A stretch of DNA of 64,000 nt, taken from the NCBI GenBank assembly GCA_963693055.1, contig OY843751.1, positions 3,104,001-3,168,000 on the forward strand, written 5' to 3'. Position 1 is the first letter of the stretch; every line of letters begins with the position of its first letter. Below are positions 47,035 through 55,524 of the stretch, one piece after another. A program made the position numbers and the translations under genes. Origin of the DNA: a bacterium (GTDB lineage: Bacteria > Zhuqueibacterota > Zhuqueibacteria > Residuimicrobiales > Krinioviventaceae). The notes below the pieces were generated by a model, which was not told the DNA's origin, made no database searches, and saw only the letters and a program-made list of their open reading frames with translations.

Positions 47035-49188
47035 TCAATTTGATGACAATTCATACAAACACATTGCCAGTAAAACGGTTCTTTCAAACAGGCTGTGCTT
47101 TAAAATGTACTCTGATTTATGTGTTGGTTTAACGCCAGCGGGTCCAAGTCCATCAATCATCAATTTGCCGGAATCTACAAAGCAAATATCCGCGGAACTC
47201 CATCGATGTTCTTTCAGCATACGAATATCCAGATCACTTGAAATGGATTTAATTATATTCCATAATGCTTCAACCTGAGGAGTTTGCATCATAGGTGGAC
47301 GGCGTTCTCCACCCTCGAGTTGAAAATAAAAATCTTTTTTATATTTGCTGGGAACCAGTTTCTTTATCTGTTCATCGGTCTTGACAAATTGTACATGATT
47401 TTGGAATCGAACACTCAAAGTCACTTGACCGTGGCTATAAGGATCCGTAATATTGGTCTCAAAATTTAAATGATGTGGAGCTATTACAAGTCCTTCATCA
47501 GGACGGGAAAGTTCGGTCCATTTTTGCACCAAACGGGTAAATACACGAGTTGCCTGAACTACTTTTTCAGTAGAATCCGTATGTTTTAAATTCATATGAC
47601 ATGTATACACCGCTGCACCAGATCTGGATGTAACAACACCACCATTTAAAAATGCACCATGCATTCCTAAAACATTAATCGCTTGCTTTGATTTTTCAAC
47701 AACAATTTTTCTGGCAAACTGGCCTTGCAGTGAATCATCGCTAGTAAGTAGAATACCAATTTTAAGGTTTCGCAACTTTCTAACAAAACGTAAGGCTTGT
47801 AACGCACCTATCATTACAGCCAAACCACCTTTGTGCTCCCATATGCCTGTACCAAAAAGTTTGTGTTCAGTTGCATGAAAAAACTGTTGCCCGGATAGAG
47901 CAGTAGCATTATCCAAATTGCCCAGTAATAACACATCATAACTATCATATTCAGTATTACTGAAAAATAAACAGTTTCCAACTTCTATATGGGGCTTAGT
48001 TTGCTGTTTAAAACCCAATTGCAAAAGGGATTTTGCCGCAATTTGTCCCAAAGTATTTACACCCTCTACATTTCGCACAAAAGAGTTTGTATTTACCATT
48101 TGCTTTAACAGGGTTTCCAGCTGTGGTTGTCGTGAACGGACAAATCCCCTTACACGTACCGGAACAGGTATTTTCTTTTTTGTTATATTACCGTTATTGG
48201 TTATCTGTGATGTTGCAAAGTACCTAACTGTAGCCACATCCAACATTTTATTTACCAATGCACTAAAATCATAGCCTGCAACTTTGGCAGCATGTACGTA
48301 TGAACCAGACATGCCAAGACTGGCCATGGAATTAATTTCCAGTAGATAAATATTATTATTTTCATCCAATCGAATATCTACACGCGAAAAATCTCTTAAA
48401 TGTAGAGATTGGAATGCCTTTCTGCTAAGGGCTTGCATTTCGAAAGCAAGAGCGGGATCGATATCTGCAGGGCAAATTTTATTTTTAGGACGACGGAGCT
48501 TATCTTCGGCCAGTTGAATAGCATCCGGATCATTATCCAGATCTATTTCAAGAACCGGAAAAGTCTCTACAGGGTTATTTCCCAGCAATCCTACTGCAAA
48601 TTCTCTTCCTCTTATAAACTGCTCAACAAGAGCCTGCTGCTGAAATTCTTCAAGAATAAATGCAACTGCATCCCTCAAATCTTTTTCATTGACTACTACT
48701 TTGAGACCAAAAGATACAGATTCCATCTTGGGTTTGACAATTACGGGATAGATAACATCTGACATATCTTCTTCAGCGGAAGAATAAACCCAAAAATTAG
48801 GGGTTGGCAGACCGTGCTTTTGCATAATAATCTTGGTTATTACTTTGTCTAAAGCAAGAGCATGCCCTGAAGGACTTGAACCTACATAAGGGATTCCAAG
48901 CATTTCCAGCATTGACGGTATATGCGTATAACGACTTTCGCCTTGAATTCCATATGCCATATTAAAGACCATGCCCATTCTTTCCCCTTCTACAACTTTG
49001 GGCATAAATTCTTGAATAGCTTCTACTACATGCATATTTCCATCGATAATGCAGACATTATGCCCACCGGCTTCAAGGCTTGATGCTACTTTTTTAACAA
49101 CCTTTTGGTTATACACTTCTTTATTCTGCATACCAAAGGTATTAATGACCCCGCTTAAATCTTTGTTATAAACCAGTGCTACTTTCAA
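47035..49188 (-). CDS. Ddl-like ATP-grasp ligase fused to an M20/CPG2-like peptidase domain
   Basis: N-terminal half GIPYVGS, DKVITK, PVIVKP, LVEQFIRGRE, RVDIRL, LEINS. C-terminal half M20 fold (GNLD, FGTG..HKGG, DGLGP.G, H..EYI). TTG start with AGGAG RBS. Confidence 0.8.
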   Translation of the reverse strand: MKVALVYNKDLSGVINTFGMQNKEVYNQKVVKKVASSLEAGGHNVCIIDGNMHVVEAIQEFMPKVVEGERMGMVFNMAYGIQGESRYTHIPSMLEMLGIPYVGSSPSGHALALDKVITKIIMQKHGLPTPNFWVYSSAEEDMSDVIYPVIVKPKMESVSFGLKVVVNEKDLRDAVAFILEEFQQQALVEQFIRGREFAVGLLGNNPVETFPVLEIDLDNDPDAIQLAEDKLRRPKNKICPADIDPALAFEMQALSRKAFQSLHLRDFSRVDIRLDENNNIYLLEINSMASLGMSGSYVHAAKVAGYDFSALVNKMLDVATVRYFATSQITNNGNITKKKIPVPVRVRGFVRSRQPQLETLLKQMVNTNSFVRNVEGVNTLGQIAAKSLLQLGFKQQTKPHIEVGNCLFFSNTEYDSYDVLLLGNLDNATALSGQQFFHATEHKLFGTGIWEHKGGLAVMIGALQALRFVRKLRNLKIGILLTSDDSLQGQFARKIVVEKSKQAINVLGMHGAFLNGGVVTSRSGAAVYTCHMNLKHTDSTEKVVQATRVFTRLVQKWTELSRPDEGLVIAPHHLNFETNITDPYSHGQVTLSVRFQNHVQFVKTDEQIKKLVPSKYKKDFYFQLEGGERRPPMMQTPQVEALWNIIKSISSDLDIRMLKEHRWSSADICFVDSGKLMIDGLGPAGVKPTHKSEYILKHSLFERTVLLAMCLYELSSN

Positions 49189-49273
49189 AATATCTCCTGT
49201 TAAAAAGCACAGAATTTAAACAAAAAATTCTATAATAAAAACTGAAAAGAACCTTTATTCTGTATTAAATTAT

Positions 49274-49831
49274 TCAGGCTGTTAAATGCTCAATCAGAAT
49301 TTTAATACCAATGAGAATTAATATCAATCCACCTAAAAACTCTATACGACTGCCAAATAAACAACCACAAGCTTTACCTAGATATACACCAAATATGGAT
49401 AAAACAAAAGTTACAGAACCAATTATTATAACAGATGGGAACAATGGTATATTCACAAATGCAAAGCTAAAGCCTACTGCCAATGCATCGATACTTGTGG
49501 CAATCGCAAGACCGAACAATAGCCTGGTATTAAAAGGATTTCTGGGTCGTTCAGTTGGAGGCTCAAAAGATTCTTTGATCATTCTAAGACCAATAACCAG
49601 CAACAATAAAAATGCTACCCAGTGGTCATATTTTTCAATATAATCAGCAATATGAATTCCGGCAGCCCATCCCAATATCGGCATTCCTGCCTGAAAAATA
49701 CCAAAAAACAAAGCAAGCTTTAATGCATTACCAACCTTGACCTTTCCAGATTGAAGACCGCTGCTAAGAGAAACAGCAAAAGCATCCATAGCCAAACCAA
49801 AAGCAGTTCCAAATATGATTACCAAACTCAA
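49274..49831 (-). CDS. mntP: Manganese efflux pump
   Basis: LAMDAFAVS, FGIFQAGMP, DHWVAF, AIATSIDALAVG. Confidence 0.93.
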   Translation of the reverse strand: MSLVIIFGTAFGLAMDAFAVSLSSGLQSGKVKVGNALKLALFFGIFQAGMPILGWAAGIHIADYIEKYDHWVAFLLLLVIGLRMIKESFEPPTERPRNPFNTRLLFGLAIATSIDALAVGFSFAFVNIPLFPSVIIIGSVTFVLSIFGVYLGKACGCLFGSRIEFLGGLILILIGIKILIEHLTA

Positions 49832-49980
49832 TAAATACCTCTAATAACTAGAACATCATTTGAAGGTTATAACATAAATGATGCCAAAAGTTTTAAATCA
49901 ATTTTTATAATATACAAATTAATTGAAAAATATTCAAATACTTGTACAACATGAGGTAATAGAAAAAACCCAATAATCAA

Positions 49981-51195
49981 TCAAGGTAACTGGTATATTT
50001 CTTCATTTTTATCTATGCAAACCATTGTCTGAATTAATGCATTTGTATTCTCAATGGTTATGGGATCATCAGCTCTATAATTGCGCATACGGCATCCTAA
50101 CAAACTTATCGTCAATTTGTCACTTCCCTTTACTAACATAAAATCCTGTGAAATATCAAGCGTTGTTAATGCAGCATTCCCACCTGAAAACGCTTCAACA
50201 TTGGTGATAGACGTATGCCCCTTGCCTTCAATGATAAATGGATGTATAGCTTTTATGGTTTGGCCGGTATTGGCTATAATAGAGCCCTGTGAAATCTGCC
50301 AGTTTCTATTTTTGGTATTATCTCCAAGTTTATGTATACCTACAGTAACACAATCAAAATTAAAATTTGTCAACTGACCATAGGTGGCGGCTCCAAGAAA
50401 AGCACCGCCAAAAGTGCCAAAGGTAAATACATCAATCAATTGAGCGTTATCGGTATGATCAATTGTATATGCAAAAGTATTATTGGCTATGACGGCATCA
50501 ATGACGGAAACAGAATACTGACCATCGATAAACCTGCGATTTGCAGGATTTATATGGCAATGTAGCAATCGGGGAATATCATAGCAATAATTAATACGGA
50601 TAAATTCTCCTCCGAGTGGGTATCCATAACAATGCTCAAACAAGATCTGTTCACAAGGATTTTTAGGGGATGCGTTAAAATCCATAGCAAGATATTCACC
50701 ATAAAAAGTCAAACAGGAAAGCGTTACACCCTGTGCGGGTACAGCTTGGGAAACCTGTATTGTTGGAGGATATTTAATTATGCTGTCAGCTTTACTTAAT
50801 GTTTGTTCGGGATACCAGAACTGTATACCCCGAATTTGCGTTGCAGATTCAACCGTAATAAATGCATGTTCACGATCTGTTATACTTATAACACTGCCAA
50901 CAGGTTGTTGTCTATGCGGATGCCGTGTACCCCTACCTACCGGACCATGAACTCCAGTTAATGATACATTTTTACGTAAAACAATCCCTCCCTCAATGGG
51001 ATAAGGGTCTTCACTGGGTTCAACAAACAATTCAGCACCACAAGTTGATGCCCAGTCAATGGCTTTTTGAAGATTTACCTTATTTTCTCGCGCAGAATTT
51101 CCAGGAAGCACATTAAATTCCTGAATGCTTTTAGCAAAAGAATTTACCAATCCACAGAATATAAAAAAATGAATAATAACGATTTGTTTGCTCAT
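49981..51195 (-). CDS. Secreted right-handed beta-helix protein (pectin lyase-like fold), function unknown
   Basis: Signal peptide from MSKQ. NLQKAIDWA...G..LFV.P...Y....I.L...V.L.G is typical of Pectate_lyase_3-type N-termini. Repetitive beta-strand pattern. Confidence 0.55.
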   Translation of the reverse strand: MSKQIVIIHFFIFCGLVNSFAKSIQEFNVLPGNSARENKVNLQKAIDWASTCGAELFVEPSEDPYPIEGGIVLRKNVSLTGVHGPVGRGTRHPHRQQPVGSVISITDREHAFITVESATQIRGIQFWYPEQTLSKADSIIKYPPTIQVSQAVPAQGVTLSCLTFYGEYLAMDFNASPKNPCEQILFEHCYGYPLGGEFIRINYCYDIPRLLHCHINPANRRFIDGQYSVSVIDAVIANNTFAYTIDHTDNAQLIDVFTFGTFGGAFLGAATYGQLTNFNFDCVTVGIHKLGDNTKNRNWQISQGSIIANTGQTIKAIHPFIIEGKGHTSITNVEAFSGGNAALTTLDISQDFMLVKGSDKLTISLLGCRMRNYRADDPITIENTNALIQTMVCIDKNEEIYQLP

Positions 51196-51380
51196 CAGAT
51201 AAACCTTTCTCTTGAATAGTTGCTTTAATATAATTATAAATTCCGGCTTTACAAAAGGCATTACAAGATGATTTTAGAGAATTGTATACAGATATCGAAC
51301 AATTTCCTATTTTTACCTTGCGAATTGTTTAAAAATTTTTAATATACAATAACTATCAATCATAAACCATGGAGAGCAGG

Positions 51381-52073
51381 ATGAAGCGTATATTTTTGTA
51401 TGCTGTAATTTTAACTGTAAGTTTATTCGTTCTTGTATCGTGCCAACAAAAAGCAGTCGAGCAGCCAGAATCTAAAACCATTCAATTATTCAATGGTAAA
51501 AACCTGGACGGCTGGTATACCAATTTAAAAGAAAAAGGATTGAAAAACGATCCTGAAGGTATTTTCACAGTTGTTGATGGTATGATCCGTATTCAAGGTA
51601 GTGAATTTGGTTACATCTGTACAGAAAAAGAATACGAAAATTATAAAGTAACCATTGAATACAAATGGGGCGATGAAAAATTTACTCCCGATGAAAAACC
51701 ACACAACAGCGGTTTACTATACAATTTTAGTGCTGACAGTACAGATAAAGTATGGCCATATTGTTACGAATGTCAGTTAATGACCGGTAGCGTTGGTGAT
51801 TATATTTTAATGGGTCCCCCAATTGTGGTTAATGGTGAACAAGGCTCTTATCCCGATAACCGGAAATTTGTAAAAACTGAAGACGCAGAAAAACCAATTG
51901 GCGAATGGAATACCGTACAGGTTATTGTTGATGGCAATACATCAACCCATATTGTAAATGGTGTCAAAGTTAATTACGGAACTGAAGCTGGTGCATCAAA
52001 AGGTAAAATCTTGATCCAATCTGAAGGTGCAGAACTGTTTGTACGTAAAGTTGAATTGGAATTGTTGAAATAA
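51381..52073 (+). CDS. DUF1080 (3-keto-glycoside hydrolase-like) lipoprotein
   Basis: Lipobox LVSC, LFNGKNLDGW, NSG, ECQ, GEWN, GKILIQSEG. Confidence 0.88.
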   Translation: MKRIFLYAVILTVSLFVLVSCQQKAVEQPESKTIQLFNGKNLDGWYTNLKEKGLKNDPEGIFTVVDGMIRIQGSEFGYICTEKEYENYKVTIEYKWGDEKFTPDEKPHNSGLLYNFSADSTDKVWPYCYECQLMTGSVGDYILMGPPIVVNGEQGSYPDNRKFVKTEDAEKPIGEWNTVQVIVDGNTSTHIVNGVKVNYGTEAGASKGKILIQSEGAELFVRKVELELLK

Positions 52074-52083
52074 TTTTTTTACT

Positions 52084-52130
52084 CCTGAATTCCGATACAT
52101 ATCGGAATTCAGGCTCCCCTCCCTTTTTTC
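52084..52130 (+). terminator. Hairpin terminator after the DUF1080 gene
   Basis: CCTGAATTCCGAT-acat-ATCGGAATTCAGG followed by a pyrimidine tract. Confidence 0.65.
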
Positions 52131-52158
52131 CCCAAATACAAAAATGTACTTGATTATA

Positions 52159-52175
52159 ATAGACGATTGGTCTAT
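52159..52175. promoter_or_regulatory. Putative TetR-family (NemR-like) operator
   Basis: Dyad ATAGAC-gattg-GTCTAT, 27 nt upstream of the TetR gene. Similar to the TAGACC..GGTCTA NemR-type box. Confidence 0.6.
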
Positions 52176-52201
52176 ATTCCTTAAAAACTTGAAGGGTATA
52201 G

Positions 52202-52780
52202 ATGAAAAAAAATACAAAAAATCGTATTCTGGAAAAAGGTTCGGAAATAATAAAATTAAAAGGTTTCCACCACACCGGAATACAGGAAATTTTAAACGCT
52301 GCGGGTATTCCCAAAGGGTCCTTTTATTTCTATTTCAAAAATAAAGAAGAATTTGGTCTGGAATTAGTAGAATACTTTTCAAAGGATTTTATTACTCAGG
52401 CTGATCTTTATCTGACTCTAGAAGAAGGAACATATATAGATCGCCTTCATCAATTTTTTAATCATTATTATGAAAAATATAGATCTATCAATTTTGTTGG
52501 AGGCTGCCCTATTGGTAATCTGGCACAGGAGATGGGTGATATTAATATCCGATTTAGAGTAAAACTTAATGATATTATGAACCAGATGAAAGAGAAAATT
52601 GAACTCTTTTTACAACACGCGCAACAAGACAAAGAGATCAGTACGGATATAAATATCACAAAGATGTCTGAATTTATATTTAATAGCTGGCAGGGAACAC
52701 TGCTTCGCTCTAAAATCACAAAAACTAAAGAACCCTTGCAGCTCTTCGATGAAATTGTATTTAATACTTTATTAAAATAA
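52202..52780 (+). CDS. TetR/AcrR family regulator (NemR/AcuR-like)
   Basis: GFHHTGIQEIL..AGIPKGSFYFYFKNKEEF, GCPIGNLAQE, WQG..LRSK. Confidence 0.92.
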   Translation: MKKNTKNRILEKGSEIIKLKGFHHTGIQEILNAAGIPKGSFYFYFKNKEEFGLELVEYFSKDFITQADLYLTLEEGTYIDRLHQFFNHYYEKYRSINFVGGCPIGNLAQEMGDINIRFRVKLNDIMNQMKEKIELFLQHAQQDKEISTDINITKMSEFIFNSWQGTLLRSKITKTKEPLQLFDEIVFNTLLK

Positions 52781-52806
52781 TTTAATCATAATAAAGGGGA
52801 ACTAGA

Positions 52807-54762
52807 ATGAAATCATGTAAATTCAAATTAATCTTTTTATTATTTTTTTGTTTTACAATTCTACCTGTACATGCAGAAGAAATCGATCGTAGAAAAGTGG
52901 GTAATCTGGTTATTGAGGGTATACCTGAAATACCGGATTATGTTAAAGAAAGGATGCTGCAATACCAGAATGTCAGATCTGCTGCAGTAAGAGATTGGTT
53001 AAATGATGGAAACGGATTGCTGATCTCTACGCGTTTTAGTGAAACTAATCAACTACACAAGATAATGAAACCCGGTGGCGCAAGACAACAAATTACCTTT
53101 TTTGACGAACCTATTAGTGGTGCAAAAATGCAACCTGTTAAAGATAAAAAGGCTCTCGTTTTTGGCAAAGATGTAGGCGGTAGTGAATTTTATCAGCTCT
53201 TTTATTTTGATATGGAAACCGGAAAAAATAAAATGTTGACCGATGGAAAATCCAGAAACGGTATGGCATTATGGAACAACAAGGGTGATCAATTTGCATT
53301 TGCAAGTACAATGCGTAACGGTAAAGATTATGATATTTACACGATGGACCCGACAACCAACGAATCGACAAAATGCATCCTTGAAAAAGGTGGTGTTTGG
53401 TTTCCGGTTGACTGGTCAAAAGATGATTCTCAACTTTTGGTATTAAACTATATATCCATAAATGAATCTTATTACTATATTCTTAACATAAAGTCGGGAA
53501 ATCTTGAACAAATTAATCCCTCCAAGGAACAAATTTCTTATGGCAATGCCCAATGGAGCCAAAACAGTAATGGAATTTATATAACAAGTGATAAGGAAAG
53601 TGAATTTACCCGATTATGGTATTATGATATAGCTAAAAAAACATTAACAAATCTGACCAAAGATATCAATTGGGATATTGAAGGATTTGAAATCTCTCCC
53701 AATGGATCACTGTTGGCATTTGTAAGCAATGAGGATGGTAATTCAAAGCTATATCTACTGGACACGCAAACGCAAAAGTATAAATCGATTCCTGGTATTC
53801 CACCTTGTGGTATGGGAGGTTTGATCTTTGATCCATCAGGTAAGCGGTTGGCGCTTACTCTCAATACTGCTCAAACGCCATCTGATGTTTTTGTATTGGA
53901 TATTGAAACGCTTGAAATGGAACAATGGACATTCAGTGAAGTTGGTGGACTCAATACAGATACATTTGTAAAACCTGAACTAATCCATTATCCAACTTTT
54001 GACAAAGTTGACGGAAAACAACGTGAAATACCTGCGTTTTTCTACAAACCAGAAAATGCAACAGGTCCTCTGCCTGTTGTGATCTATATCCACGGCGGCC
54101 CTGAAAGTCAATATACCCCCTATTTCTCATCAACTTTTCAATACTGGATTAACGAACTAGGTGTAGCCATTATAGCACCCAATGTACGGGGATCTGCCGG
54201 GTATGGCAAATCCTATTTAAAACTGGACAATGGTTTTAACCGGGAAAAATCTGTACAGGATATTGACAGCTTGCTTGATTGGATTGAAAATCAACCCGAA
54301 CTAGATGCCTCACGCATTGCAGTTTATGGTGGTTCTTATGGCGGTTATATGGTGCTGGCTTCCATGTTTCAGTTTAACGACAGATTAAAATGCGGTGTTG
54401 ATGTGGTAGGCATTAGTAACTTTGTAACGTTTCTAAAAAACACGCAGGAATACAGACGTGACCTGCGAAGAGCAGAATATGGGGATGAAAGAGATAAGAA
54501 AATGAACGAGTTTCTGGAAAGTATTTCTCCTACAAATCACGTTGAAAAAATACAAAAGCCCTTATTGGTTGTTCAAGGCTTTAATGATCCACGCGTTCCG
54601 GTTACAGAATCAGAACAAATGGTTGAAAAAATCCGAGAGAATGGTGGTACGGTTTGGTATTTGATGGCCAAAGACGAAGGCCATGGTTTCAAGAAAAAAT
54701 CAAACAGTGATTATTATAGAAATTCTGTTATTTTATTTTTAGAACAATTTCTTTTAAAATGA
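52807..54762 (+). CDS. S9 family peptidase (beta-propeller plus alpha/beta hydrolase)
   Basis: Signal peptide, IHGGPESQ, PNVRGSAGYG, GGSYGG, NDPRVP, DEGHGF triad motifs. Confidence 0.93.
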   Translation: MKSCKFKLIFLLFFCFTILPVHAEEIDRRKVGNLVIEGIPEIPDYVKERMLQYQNVRSAAVRDWLNDGNGLLISTRFSETNQLHKIMKPGGARQQITFFDEPISGAKMQPVKDKKALVFGKDVGGSEFYQLFYFDMETGKNKMLTDGKSRNGMALWNNKGDQFAFASTMRNGKDYDIYTMDPTTNESTKCILEKGGVWFPVDWSKDDSQLLVLNYISINESYYYILNIKSGNLEQINPSKEQISYGNAQWSQNSNGIYITSDKESEFTRLWYYDIAKKTLTNLTKDINWDIEGFEISPNGSLLAFVSNEDGNSKLYLLDTQTQKYKSIPGIPPCGMGGLIFDPSGKRLALTLNTAQTPSDVFVLDIETLEMEQWTFSEVGGLNTDTFVKPELIHYPTFDKVDGKQREIPAFFYKPENATGPLPVVIYIHGGPESQYTPYFSSTFQYWINELGVAIIAPNVRGSAGYGKSYLKLDNGFNREKSVQDIDSLLDWIENQPELDASRIAVYGGSYGGYMVLASMFQFNDRLKCGVDVVGISNFVTFLKNTQEYRRDLRRAEYGDERDKKMNEFLESISPTNHVEKIQKPLLVVQGFNDPRVPVTESEQMVEKIRENGGTVWYLMAKDEGHGFKKKSNSDYYRNSVILFLEQFLLK

Positions 54763-54875
54763 AAACCGGAATGTGTTAGACATCCGTCAAATCTTACTTT
54801 TTGTTAAAAAAATGGAATTCCTGAACATGAATTTTGTTGTAGTATGCTTACACAAAATCATTTAGGAGTTTTGTA

Positions 54876-55433
54876 ATGTCTAACACACCATCATCTATGG
54901 TGCCATTGGGTAGTGTTGCACCAGAATTCAAATTAATAGATACCGTTAGCGATAAACAATACAGTCTGCAGGATCTGAAATCCGATAAAGCAACAGTAAT
55001 TATGTTTATATGTAATCATTGTCCTTTTGTCAAGCATGTTGAAGACAAACTGGTTGAACTGAGTGAAGAATATATAGCAAAAGGTATTTCCTTTATCGCA
55101 ATCAGTTCAAATGATGCTGATACATACCCTGATGATGCACCACATTTAATGAAACAAAATGCAATACTGCAAGGATATCCTTTTCCCTATTTATATGACG
55201 AATCTCAATCCGTTGCAAAAGCGTATCAGGCTGCATGCACTCCTGATTTCTTTGTCTACGACAAGGATTTAAAACTGGTTTATAGAGGACAAATGGATGA
55301 TTCTCGTCCTAAAAGTGATATTCCGGTAACAGGTAAAGACCTTGCAGGTGCACTTGAAAACATACTTGCAGATGAACCGGTTAATAACGATCAAAAACCA
55401 AGTATGGGCTGCAATATAAAATGGAAAACATGA
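54876..55433 (+). CDS. Thioredoxin-like / AhpC-TSA family protein
   Basis: FICNHCPFV, AACTPDFF, YRGQMDDSRP, PSMGCNIKW. Confidence 0.92.
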   Translation: MSNTPSSMVPLGSVAPEFKLIDTVSDKQYSLQDLKSDKATVIMFICNHCPFVKHVEDKLVELSEEYIAKGISFIAISSNDADTYPDDAPHLMKQNAILQGYPFPYLYDESQSVAKAYQAACTPDFFVYDKDLKLVYRGQMDDSRPKSDIPVTGKDLAGALENILADEPVNNDQKPSMGCNIKWKT

Positions 55434-55524
55434 TGTTATTATCATGATTGCCTGCGAACCAAGATTATAAGGATTTCAAAATAAAATTGAAATAATTACA
55501 CTCTAGAATATAAAGGGCTGTCTA

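Noticed and set aside
47035-49188. Calling the ATP-grasp gene ddl
   Set aside because: It lacks the D-Ala-binding motifs and omega loop of true Ddl, carries a fused M20 domain and is not in a cell-wall cluster.
49832-49980. yybP-ykoY manganese riboswitch upstream of mntP
   Set aside because: Expected by context, but the region is AT-rich with only one modest hairpin (CATCATTT...AAATGATG) and lacks the GGGGAGUA and GAGACC-type conserved segments.
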